64,000 bases of DNA from Orbicella franksi (lineage: Eukaryota): positions 8,742,001-8,806,000 of the forward strand of contig OZ116701.1 in NCBI GenBank assembly GCA_964199315.1. The letters are read 5' to 3'. Every line of letters starts with the position of its first letter. The stretch's first letter is position 1. Shown piece by piece: positions 35,651 to 48,200 of the stretch. The notes beneath the pieces were generated by a model that saw only the letters and a program-made list of their open reading frames with translations, ran no database searches and was not told the origin of the DNA. The position numbers and the translations under genes are program-made.

Positions 35651-38600
35651 TTTAATGATGACTTTTCTACTGAGTAGCTCTACATTTATCATATGCTAAG
35701 AAGGTTGCTAGTCAACTAACTTCACTCGTCCTTTATTTAAAAGTATTAAAGTAAAACGAAATAATACCTTCAAGAATGAGCCAATGTTAGTACATACTTA
35801 CCAGTGCATACACGTAAAGAACACCGAGTTATGTTAGGTGGTCTGTAAACATAAAACGCGCCGCAGTTGCGAATGAATATTCCATACTGAAATATACATT
35901 CATCTCCGTTAAGATGGTAACAGAGTTGACGCTCAACAATCCCATCATTCACAGCAGGATGGCCACCACGGATCCATCCCGGTGCATTGGCTCCGCAATG
36001 GTGTATGGGTGGTGGGTATTCAGGAATAACGGTTCCGCCACTTCCTTTAAAGCGAATCCAATATTCACCGAAAAGGTCGCTCATAGAGTCATCACAACCG
36101 CCGCCTGCACCATTTGAAACAGATCGGGTGGGATCGTTTATGACTTTGTAGCTGGTGCATTCTGTAATTACGAAAAAAAGGTTCTGTCTTGAGATTTATC
36201 GTTCCAAAATTCACAATTAACCGATCAGAAGCCGTACCCACCGTCCTGATATCATACCATATCAAGTCACTGACCTCATATGGCTACGATATCGTAGTCA
36301 TCAAGGTATGTTAAAAACCTAATCGTAACTTTTTGGCTATTAGTGTTTGTCTCGCGATAGGTATTTTGTATCGACTACGTTTCGCCGATATACGAACCAT
36401 AGCTTGAGAAAACTCGCCTAAGGTACGTACCAGAAAGTTACGATTTGGTATAAATGCAATTAACCGGCATATGACTAGCATGGAAACCCCTAAATGTGCA
36501 AGTTTATGTGTCGCTCCGTTAATTTTTTAAATATTTTTTACCTTTGGCATATTTTTTTACAGAGAAATTATGACCCTAAAATTCTTCAAATCATTTTTAA
36601 AATGCTTTTACTCCTATTTAAAACTCGACTAGAAGAAGTTACATGTATCATCAGAGAAGCTTAGCAAAAACTGAGCGAGCTAACTGGCTGAAGTAATTGG
36701 GTTCTTCGGGTTGCAAGTTCGTTATTGGTGAGGTTGATAACAAGTTGTTCCACTGACGCAGTAGAAAGCCATTGGCTAGGACACAAAGTACAATTTGAGC
36801 ACTTCATTTTTCCCTCAGGTTAAAACAAAAAAGTAGTGAAATTCGTCTCTAAAATCTCCGGGTTATTCCATAGTCAAACTCACTTGCAAGCCAACAGTTA
36901 TGAACTATTCCTTACCGTCCGTACTTGAAGCGTGTCCAATATGGAACAAAGACGTCAAAGACGTCAGCAAAGACAGGAAAACCTGCGGGCAAACCATTGA
37001 CATCAGCTACCTTCAATTATCCTCATTTCACTTGAGTTAGATAGACAGATGTAGTTATGAAGCAATGGAGCAATAATTATTTTTGTGAGCCAGAGGATAA
37101 GCGGCAAAGATATATTTGATACCAGGATGACTCTAGGTTGCACTTTGGACACAAGTTACCGCGTATAAAATGCGAGTGACATACCTTTTTCGTACGCTTC
37201 GGTGGCGTGTCAGGCGAGTTCTGTCGAACCCGAATACCCACAACGAGACAAAATGCTAATATGCCGTCGTAACGTATCAAAAATCTACCGTACCTAAATT
37301 CGGCCAAGTGACCATTGTATCGTTGCTTTATCAGGTCAGTTACGTCATATCGTAGGATATCAGGACAGAAGACACGGCTTCTGATTGGCTAATTGCAATT
37401 TTGGCTACGGTAAATAACAACTGATTGTTATGTTCCGGCAATGGGCAATAAAAACTTTATTTTCATATAAATATATAATGATTGAAATAAGTTTCGGAAT
37501 AGAAGCAGCACAAGTGAAAATCTTGCTAATTTGAATCGTAACGCCCGGAAACAACGAATACATATTTCGCTTAAATAAAAAAACATTCTGTCTAAGACAT
37601 AGTAAGAGATCGTTTTTTTATTAGCTGAGTTCATGGTTGATAACTTTGTTAAGTTCAAGGAGTTTGTTGAGTGAAATGAATCACCCACACAATAATTCAT
37701 GATTAATATTTCTGAGTTCCGCTCCGTTGAAGAAAAAGGATGTGGTCAAAATTATAGCAACCAGTAAAGCACGTCGTGACTAATATCGCTCCATCTTAGT
37801 TTGCCATGTTAAAATGTTCTTCAGCATTAGTAAGCTTGAAAATTGATCTGTTGCTAAAAGTACAACTTCAGTCACTCTCGATAGTCATTAACGTTTAGAA
37901 GAAGAAAAAAACGATGAAAAATTAAGCAATACATATCTCTAAATAACAAGGAAGAGAAGTGCTTTTTCTTCTAAACGCCATAAAATACTTACGATTGATT
38001 GAACAGCCTCAACTCTCTGCAATTGTTCATGGTACATGGCTGCTTCAAATTACTTTTCGTCCACACATCTTGGTCCTTGATACAACGTAAAAATCCTAGT
38101 CAGACAGCCTTCACACGAAAATGTATAAACACCTCATAAAATTTGCTTCTTGAAGTTTCTTGCTTTCAAGAAGCAGTACCTCGCCGTAGTCGAGGCAACT
38201 TAAATAGACCGAAACCAAAACTATTGATAACTTCCCTTTATTAATTTGTATTGAACACAAATTATGTTCTTTTTTGTAATCCACTGTTATGGAGACTTGT
38301 TATCGTTAAACTCATTCAATATAAGCAATCTTTTCAAGAAAGGTCACGGCTACTCATAAATTTTTCAGCAGCGTTTTGCTAGTTCGGTACAGTAGGAAAT
38401 GAATTGAGTATTTAGTAAGCCCTGAATAGCTTTAAGTGAAATTAGCAGAATTTCTGGCTTTCAGAGCTTGTCTCTTCTTTTTTGGTATAATATCGTAGAA
38501 ATTCCAAGTCCTTCAGAGATTTTGAAAAGACTGGGACAAAAAGTAACATAATTTCAATCATTCTAATTATTTTTGTTTGACGAGGTTTGGTTTTAGCAGC

Positions 38601-41600
38601 CAATCTGGGAAGTTAACTGCAGGCAGCTGAGAAGAGTTAAAAATAGTAATTGGTAAACAAATAGAAAAACGCATTTTGAACACAGAATAGTTCTCACGCT
38701 TAATAATGATAGAAAAGGTTGAAAAAGTTAGATAAGAACACCCACTAAGACTGTTTCCTTCTTTCGAAAACAATCCGTAGTCACACCATTGTTTATGCTC
38801 TTCCAACTGTTCGCCTGTCCTGCGGTTTTTGTTGATTGGTTGCTTTAAGTCACATGACGTCAAGGGCGTGAAATAAGAAAATGTGTTAAATTGAGGTGAA
38901 GTACCTACACGGACTCCTACGGCTCACGACATTTCTACATTTGTTGTCCTCTTTTGAAGTTAATTTTCTGGACCTATTTTGCTCCTCACGTGTTTCTAAA
39001 GGGCAGTTTTTGTTCTGTTTTGTTATCAGAAGGACCTGTTCAGGTTGGTTGAGAGTTAAGGGTTATTTTTGATATCCATTACAGGTTATTTGTTAGCACT
39101 TATTTAAACCTGAAAATCTTGGGGCCTTATTTGGAGTAAAACTTCCAAGCCACACATGTATGCAATGCGGGCTAATTTTTTTTTCCGTTTGAATAGCAGT
39201 CAGAATGTAAGTGTGTAATCATTGGTAGCATACAATCTAGTTGAGTAAGATGGGAGTGAGCAAAAAGAATTAAAAAGAATGAGTACTTTACCTTTGTCTC
39301 GTTTTGTTATCTGTTACGCGAACTTACAAAGAAAATACCTATCCACTTGTCCTGAAACCTACAAAACCGCTGAACGGATACCCAGGCCTCTCGCTTCACG
39401 TATAAAGATTGACAATGGAGGCACCTCTTTGCATTTTACAGCAAATGTTTTGAGCGCAATCCGAAAACTTACAGGAATCTCTAAATTTCTCAGCTCCTAT
39501 GAAACCAAATCAACACAAAACGACGTCAAAAGATGTTTTACAACATAGCCTAATTTATAGTCGTAAATACTTTCACTGCAATTAGATAATTTGAGACAGT
39601 TTTTTTCAAAGTTTTATCTCAAATTCCTTTTCGCTGTGTGATCGCACCGTTAACCTTGGCCAATACGTACGCTCCCCTCCCTCTCTCACACGTTTTTTTG
39701 ACGCCACAAATATTTGGTAAACCCTTCCCAGCCCGCAGTTATTATTCTGGCAAAAAAAAAAAAATATATTTTCGTGCGGAGACAGGGCGACGTCGGAAGC
39801 ACAGCAATCCGCCGTAGGTAAAAAGATGGCGGCTCTACATTTTACCACAATGCCTTGTGAGCCTACCAAAGCCTATAAGGCACAAAGAAAGCCAATTTTT
39901 TTTTACATTATTCGTCCCTGTTCCAAGGACATTAAGTAGCCTAGGTTTGAAGATGTTATAACGTTTCTGTACGTTTTTATGAACGTTGTTAAGGTTTTCG
40001 TGCGCTAAGAACTATAGGTAAATGCACCAGTCGCCATCTTTTTTCTTACGGAGGATTGCTACGAGCCCCATTCGTGAATTTCGGCACGTGGAAATCTTAA
40101 TTGAATGCCAAAATAACTTGTGTAGGAACCATCTCAAGTTATTTTGTAGACTGCCAGCAGTCTCTCTTTCGCTAGAAAATCGTAAAAAAAAGCCTGAGGG
40201 AATTACGAGCAGAATCGAGCCTTGGCGAAGCGTTCTCTCATTCTCGACTCATGTTTGAATTTTGTGCGGGGCCTGCAGTCTGCATTTTGAGCTCGCAGGG
40301 TAAAAATACCTAGCAGACCTCTTATAGCGAGGCGATCATAGTGCTTTTTGTCAATCACAATTCTCGTTTTCGCTTGGTTCACCGGAAGTGTTCTTATATT
40401 ACCATGTGTACTAATCAAGAGAACGTTCAAAAAGTAGCACGATTGCATAGGTATGTGAGGTCTGCAAAGGTGTTTTGATGTGCAAGTTGCTCCCTCTCGA
40501 ACTCGTCAGGGAACCAAAACAAAATTTTGTAACTTCCATGTGATGCTGATCTAACATGCAATTTCGAGTGTTCTGTAAATCAAGCAAGAGGGAAAAACCT
40601 GCAATTTTTAACAGGTAGACAACACACCGCCATTTTGGATCGAAACTATAAAAGCCATAAACTGGCAAGACAACTGGTTAGCGTTCTCTGTTTCTCGTCT
40701 CGTGTTTTTATTTCGTCACTTACATTATTTCAACTCGTGCTGTCCACTGCTCGAGTCAACAGATATTATGGAAGACTCGACATAGATTTTTTTTTATTAC
40801 CTTCGATATAATTTACAATTTTCGACCTACGTATTGTGTTTATCAACATGTTTTCATAGCCGATACGGTTTTTTCCGCAACGGAAACGCCATACCAAAGT
40901 ACCCCATCCTACTACTCCTTCACTCTCCTCCTCTCTGGGGTGTTTACATCCATTTCTGCGTAACCGGGTTGACAGGAAGTTACCACCCTTCCTCTTGTAG
41001 GAGATGAACGACTATAAATAGCGAGGCGGCGCTGAAAGAAGAACCAATCTTTTTCCTGTTCAATAAAAAAACATCGAGAACACCAGGCCAGTGCGTTGGT
41101 ACAAAAACAACAAAAGGATGACATGGACCTCAAGATTTTATAACGAGATCGAGTACGAGTATGACATCTCAGTTGTTGCTACTTGTAGTTTGCAGACTTC
41201 ACATTATCACGTCGCATACCCATGATTCTAAGAGCTGTCTTCTAACCTAAATGAAGAGCTAGGGCTCTGGAAATATCACTGGTGTGAAGATCAAAAACTC
41301 GCTCTGTTACTCAATCTCGTGCTTTTAATCCAATATAAAAGACCCTCATAAAGCTTGAGATAATAAATCTCTCAGAAAACATTTTCTAGATTTAGCGTTT
41401 AACGCAGACATTGATTAGAACTTCCATTGCATTGCATTAGTTACACGACCTACACATAATTTGCCACCATTTATTTAGGTTATGTCATGTCATATCCTTT
41501 TTAATGTTATTGACTCAACAAATATTTTGATATGAGATGTATTCCATATTCCCGTGGGAAATTATACACCTTGAATTTTATAAAGTTACTCCTATAACGG

Positions 41601-42273
41601 TTCAAGCGCTGAAAAAATGACAAATAAAACAACAACGAAAAACAACAACAACAACAGTATCAAAAATCGTTACCAAAAAAAAAAAAAACACGGACTATGT
41701 CACAAATTAAGAAAAAAGGAAGCAAGAGTGACCCAGCTTCTAAATCGAAATATTTTTAGGAGCTTTAACCTTGCATACATCTCCCATTTACAGAAGGTTG
41801 GTCATTAAGCCAGAGGGGTAAATGTCCAATCAGGACAGGATAATATGACACTTGGTAATGATTAGAAAACTCAAAAAATTGAAGTTCACATCGTAAATGG
41901 GCTAGATTTTGATTTTGCCACGTACGAAATCTGTGGAGTTTAAGGTCTGTTGGATTTTGTAGTTATTTTTCACTTTACATTGGCAGTATGATTTTCAACC
42001 GTTATTTGTATCTAAACATAGGCTAAAAATAATATGTACATCACGACTCATTAAAGCATTCAGTGATAAAGCAAAATGTACAAAATAGGAAATGCTCAGT
42101 TCTCTTTTAATCTACACTGAGAAATTGCTCAACCACCGTAAGCAACGGCCTTGGGTAAAGATTATTCTGTTACAGATTTCATTACTAATTGGATACTCTT
42201 CCATTCTAGTGTAGTCACTGTTGTTAAAAACTACTTTGTTAATAGAAAGAGTGCAGTGAATACGGCGTAATAT

Positions 42274-45200
42274 TTAGTGTAAAATAAGAGTAAAAAACTC
42301 TTTCCCAAACTCATTTTCCTCGGCATAAAGTTCTTCTCCTTCAAGTTTTTCCTCGATGTGCTCCCCATCGTCGTCGTGNNNNNNNNNNNNNNNNNNNNNN
42401 NNNNNNNNNNNNNNNNNNNNNNNNNNNNNNNNNNNNNNNNNNNNNNNNNNNNNNNNNNNNNNNNNNNNNNNNNNNNNNNNNNNNNNNNNNNNNNNNNNNN
42501 NNNNNNNNNNNNNNNNNNNNNNNNNNNTATCATCGTCATCATCCAATTTTGTTGTCATTTGCTGGTTGAAGCGTACGATGCACGTGGACAGCCGATTCAA
42601 ATTAACACTGGAAACTCCTGCTTTATCGTTAGAACTCTTAATTAGTAAATGTTCTGGTCGGTAAGTTTCCCAAACTGCATACTCACTAAAACTGTCGCTG
42701 CTATTTACCAAGGGACCCCCTTTGCGGCTTGTTTTATATGTACAGCTACGATACATGACTGTTGTCCAATCAGGTGACGAGGCGCCATCTGGATGTTCTT
42801 GTTCGGGTTCGAAGAGCTCGTGGTTTGTACTTTCATTCCACGTTCCATTTTTTCTGGTTTTCTGACCAACTACAATCTCCAGAATCCTTTTCATAATGAA
42901 CTCTGCAAGTTCGACATCTTCTCCTCCTTTATCAGTGCATGAACTAACATAGTGGTCGTTAATGATTGCGATAAACATATTTCCCAAAATTATCGTTGTG
43001 CTGGAGACAAACGTGAAAAAGAAGAGACGCCCCACAATGGGGTTTGCATCTTTGAGTTCGTCCAGCGGTATATTGTTCCCCAGAAACATAAGAAACTGGG
43101 AGAAAATAGCCTCTGGCACTGACGAAAACATGTGCACACTCTGCCCAAATGCCAACATTCCTAAAAGGGCGTGGCCAACAGCAACTATTGAAAATATCAC
43201 GAAAAATGAACCAAGTGAAGAAAATGACCTGCGAATCGTAAACGAGAAAATGATAACTTGCGGATTGAAATAAAAGCACTTCAGAGGGCGTAAGGTGGCA
43301 ATAACAGACGCTATACAAATCATGAGGTTTTCAACATCAAACAGAAATAAAGCTTGGTGATAGCTGACAGGTACGAAAGGGTTTTCTTTGAGTTTTTCAA
43401 ATGATTTTCCTGCCTCCTTTGATCGCATCCATTGCAGAGACAATGCCGACGATGCAGTCAATATTTGCAGCATATCTAACCAGTTCCACACTGATGTAAA
43501 ATACAAACGCTTTTGACGACAAAGTTTGATGCATTCTAAGACAAAATAGCAAGCAAGCAGAAGTCCAAACAACAAGGCAAAGAGCAAGTAAGTGTTATGA
43601 GCTTGAGAATCCGTTGCACTGAGAGGTAAGATTCCATACGACTTGAAAACGCCAGCAAATCCCGCTGGGAGGACCTCATAGTAATAAGTCATTACTGCAA
43701 GAAGGTTACTAGATGGGTTATATAATGAGAACTCCAACAACACAGCCCTGGTTTGACGATCAATCCAATCATTTTTTATCAAGTCGTCGATAACTCGTTT
43801 TGCTGTAAGCTTGTTGTATCCCAAATTAGCCAGGTACCCACCGCCGCTTTAAACAGCGAAGCGACCCCAAGAATCAAAGCTGCCGAGTTGGCCATCCTCG
43901 TTGTACTCCCAGTCTTCTGGACACAAAAGTGCTGATGTACTTAGAATATTTTGGTCAGCCCAAGTTCTTTTCTCCTCTTCTCTTATGGAGTAGAAATCGT
44001 AACAAGACGTGATCATACTTTTAAACAATTCATGAACCTCACAGGAATCTGGCGAAGCAAGACAAATGAAAACAATGGTATCATGTTGTCCTTTTCGTGG
44101 TTTTACTTCTTGTGTATCGCGATAATAAATTAATCATCGCATGGAGCTTGGCCTTATGCCACCTTTTTTTCTAAAAAAGCAGTTCTCAGCATTTATAGAC
44201 GGAGTTTCCTCACGCAAATAATCTCTTACAACTGAAACTTTCTTGAAAAAAAACTACTTTCAATCAATTAAATCTTTTGAAATTCGAAGACGTAAGCTTT
44301 GTAGACTTACATGTTACGATACTCTGTCTCCCTTCTAACTGTCTTCTAACATACTTTCTGATTTACCGAACCGAACGAGATTTACCCTTTATTATATAGT
44401 TTTGCGAAGAAGAAACAAAGAAGAAGTAGCTATAGGTAGCCGAAGGCACGGTGATAAAATTGACCTTTTAAGTTGCATGCAATACAACCAGCTTTCAAAT
44501 TACTGGAAACGACCTCGACTAAATTTAACTTGGTTTTCTAAACTTTTGAAATTTTGAATATATAATATCTTTGTGTTTGATGGTGTGTTTGTTGTCCCTC
44601 TTCAGTAGTTGTTTTTTTCTGTTCCAGGTCTACAATAGATCCGGTGGCGCATGTAATCGGTTTGACCAGATGGTCTTGTTTTCCTGGTCTAACCATGACA
44701 AAAAGCTACAAAACTATTTCATTCTATAGTCTACCAATGCCTTTCTATGACTTTCTTTGGAAAGGAATCACAAACGACATAAAGCTTACTTTTCATAACT
44801 CGAAGTTGTCTCAGACGAGGCATGCCGATCAGGATTGAACGCTTGTTTCCAATGTATTCTGACGCTCTCTCCTTTTGATCCTCGTAAGAATCAGCAGTAA
44901 AGATCGCTGGCACAAACATGTTCTTCAGCCATCCCCAAAACTGAGTCACGTTGGTAATCTAGCAAAATATCCGAAATTATGAATTAGAAAATAAGAAAAG
45001 GCTCCGACAAAAAAAGCACACACACAAACAACTAGGGTGTTAAACAGCATGGGATTGTCTGCGAGTATGGAATATGGTGACTTCGCAAGACCGGTTTTTG
45101 TCGATCGGTTCAAGAGTCAGTGGGTTAGGATCTGTTATGTCTGCATGCGCAATGGTTAACTGAAGAGCCGTTATTCCTTCTTCATTTTTTCCACGGTCTA

Positions 45201-48200
45201 ATTAATGAAGTTCGACGTCGGTTTGAATATCTTTTTTCGGTAAACAGCTAGGGTGTTAAACAGCAAAGGCTTGTCCGCGACAATCCAGGTTCTCAAGTGA
45301 AATAATAATTATAAAACAACACTCATCGGTGGCGAGTCCAAATTCTATTACGAACGAAACCTTCCGTTGCTTTATGCCACTAATGTCAATTACTGTTTGG
45401 TATCAAACTTTTAGACCTTTCTTTTCTTGGCTTAATGCATATCACTGAAGACCCTATTTAGTTCCCTCATCTGCTGAAAAAATAACACATACAGTTAGCG
45501 CTGAAAGAGCTGAGGAAGTGCGAGCTTACCTTATATTGTCCCTTATCATCAAAATACTGGAAGTCGCTTTCTGTTGCTTCCTTTAGATTGTATCTCTGTT
45601 TGTTTTTATCACCATAACAGACAATCAAAAGAAGCACGAAAAACAACAGTGAAAACGTAAGTTCTCTCCCGTATGCGTACATTTTCCTTTCGTTGATTTT
45701 ATACTTTCTAGCACGTTCGACGTCCACTGATATTGTATCGTGGAATGGTCCCCGAATCGGCTCCTCGACTGACTTAGACTCTCTAGTTGTCTTCTTCTTA
45801 CAGCCACAACGTGTAGCTATAATGACAGAGACCAAAATTATCTTAATGGGCTGAGATATGATTACGTCTCCACTTAATGAAAGCATTACAGATGTTAACC
45901 AACGAGCCGACTTCTGTCCTCCCCACATCAGAGAATACATCACAGTAAACACGGCTGACGTGACAGCTGTAGAGATACAGAGGAACCAAGCGAAGTAGAC
46001 ACAAAAATGAGGTAGTACACATGGTTCTTTTGTCCTGGTTTTGGTCAGATGGTACCGCCTTCCTTGGCTGTCTATTTTAGGCTCACATTTTCGAAATAAG
46101 AATACGATTAGAAGACTTGCGGGCAAAACGATAATTGCACTTTCCAGTGCGATGATAAGTTGACTCGAAGTGAAGGAGAAAGGTCCGATCTTAATGTTTG
46201 GTTGTTGTGTGTTCTCGGTTTCGTAAAACATGGCGGAAGTTACCATAGATAACATGAGAGGGCACCAACAACAGGAGGCTCTTTGGACACGAGTGAAATG
46301 ATTTCTGGGTTGTTTCTTAATTACGGACAGCCACAAGTGATCATCAGAGAAACCATTCCTTCGCAAAGAGCTGAAGGTCCTTTGGAATTTATCGTCTTCT
46401 TTCTTATCATCTGCAAAGAATACTCTAGTCGTGTTACCATCATCTCTTTCCAGGGCGAGCCAACAGTAGCAACTAAACGCCCATTGCTCTTCTGTTTGAT
46501 GATCCACAATTAAAATCTCGTTGAGAAACCAAGCTGGGGCGTCGCCTCAAATGTCATGGCCGATTTGCACACTAATCATCGTACCTAGCGGCTTTTCCAG
46601 CTGGACAAGAAAATTGTCAGTGTTTCCTCGAGCGAACAACTTCCCGTCATGTGGTTGGTCGCATGTCAATTTGATAACACTGCTGGTATTCTCAGTACCA
46701 TTAAGGATCATGGATACATTAGCTGTAGTGCCCGAGTTCTTCCATCCTCCTGTTGTTATGGATACTTCGTACTTGTATTCACCACTTTGATTCTCTGCCA
46801 GAGGAATCAGAGGACTGTCCTAGAATTAAAAGATGTAGGTACGTAAAAGAGTCTTAAGTTCACATAAGCTTAACAGACCGGTGCGTTCAACGTGCATGAT
46901 TAGTAATTCTACTCCCCCCGAATGGGATGCTAGTCTAACGCACCCAAACCCAGCATTTTGTTAACTCACCGTTTAGAGAGAGACGGCAGTAAGATCAAAT
47001 TGTGTGCTTTAGGACATAAAACAAAGGCCTCAGTCATGGATTGAAAACCGACGTAGTAAGCAAGAGTATCATTTCTGATGTAAATCAGGAAATAACAGAA
47101 TATGATGTGCACGCAATAATTTTACTGGCGGTTTCGTTTGGTTCTATTTTATGGACTTCGTCTTCAACATGGAAAGAAATAAAATTGAATTGACCAATAC
47201 TTTCTCAATACGAACCTCGTTCAATGACATCTTTTTGTAGCTTCGAGTGTTACTTTATTGTATTTCGGTGCCTAAAAGGATTTCACTTTCGTCATGTAAT
47301 GTAAGTTTCTCAATAACCTCCTATGACCGTTAACGTTGTGAGGTGCTCTGCCGACATGACATGTCATACAAACCTTTAAAACATCTAGATTGTCCGCTCT
47401 CCGTGCAATTACCAACACAGCAAAATAAACAAGGAGGGCAGAACACACTGTGATAAGGACCAGCAGATCTCCTGGATCCAGATTGTCAAACGTTTGCTGG
47501 ACCAGCGCAAAGTGAATGGTGTTTGGTGCAATAAGAACTTCTCCTCCAAATGCGGTCAAGTGATTGCAAAGACAGGTCAGTGAAGAGGTGTTTGATTCTT
47601 GTCCCACCTGCAGTTATAGAATAATTTATTCATCTTGACACTAGAGTACAAAACAGCGTATTTGCTTTAAGAAAGGGTTTTTAATCAATAGCTGCAGTTG
47701 TAGCGGTTGCGGGCTCATGATCACTTTGTCCATCGTAAAAGACAAAAGACTGGAATTACAACTCCAAATTGGCAACATGAATCAAATCGTTATTCTCCAC
47801 TGTTTTTATCTAAAGATACTGCAAATCTATCAACGATTTGTCTGGGAAGCCAACAGTCGTGATTCAGCGCTCCAAAAATGACTCTTTATTCAGCAGGGAA
47901 ATGACTGTTGGGTTACTACATAAATTCACTAAACGATAGAATTATAAGAAAGAACCAACTCAATAAATCCTAATTTATATCAGATGCGTATCTAGCAATA
48001 TCAAGCCGTTGTGGGCCGTTTTTCCTTCGCTATACTCTCATTTTTCAAATTCTATATTGTTTATCGCTATAAAGATAATTAAATCTGATACCTTGCAACC
48101 TTCGTTTGTCCATCTCTCTTCAGTTTCAGACCGGTACACGCACCAAATACCATTTACCTGTAAACTGTAGTTAACCGAGTTGTCGGGATCGTATTGGGGT

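Larger units (their letters stand above)
17596..37003 (-). pseudogene. Polycystin-1-like (PKD1L/PKDREJ-type) receptor-channel gene, copy A, 22 exons, apparently disrupted
   Basis: Exons: 36916-37003 signal peptide (MSMVCPQVFLSLLTSLTSLFHIGHASSTD); 35802-36161 UMOD/GP2-type Cys-rich; 34637-34977 and 33573-33711 F5/8C; EGF 32762-32884, 32173-32298, 31443-31568, 30898-31020, 30251-30376, 29719-29841, 29107-29214; REJ 27835-28618, 26608-27202; stalk 25889-26071, 25250-25375, 24789-24980, 24268-24529; GAIN/GPS+TM1 23077-23796, 22358-22591 (WCVYWSE...W..EGC, TCLCNHLTAFG); PLAT+TMs 20875-21802; 20134-20302; channel+acidic tail 17596-19382. Lesions: +1 A at ~24420, a 362-bp deletion at ~21540, and a GGA>TGA nonsense at 21094-21096. 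Confidence 0.85.

Noticed and set aside
37686-37794. Signal-peptide-like frame MERY*SRRALLVAIILTTSFFF
   Set aside because: In-frame TAG at codon 5 in both copies and no phase-compatible donor; 36916-37003 is a much better first exon.
46547-46549. Selenocysteine reading of the in-frame TGA
   Set aside because: The position is normally Ser in the PLAT HDNSG motif, I see no SECIS-like element, and the copy has several other lesions.
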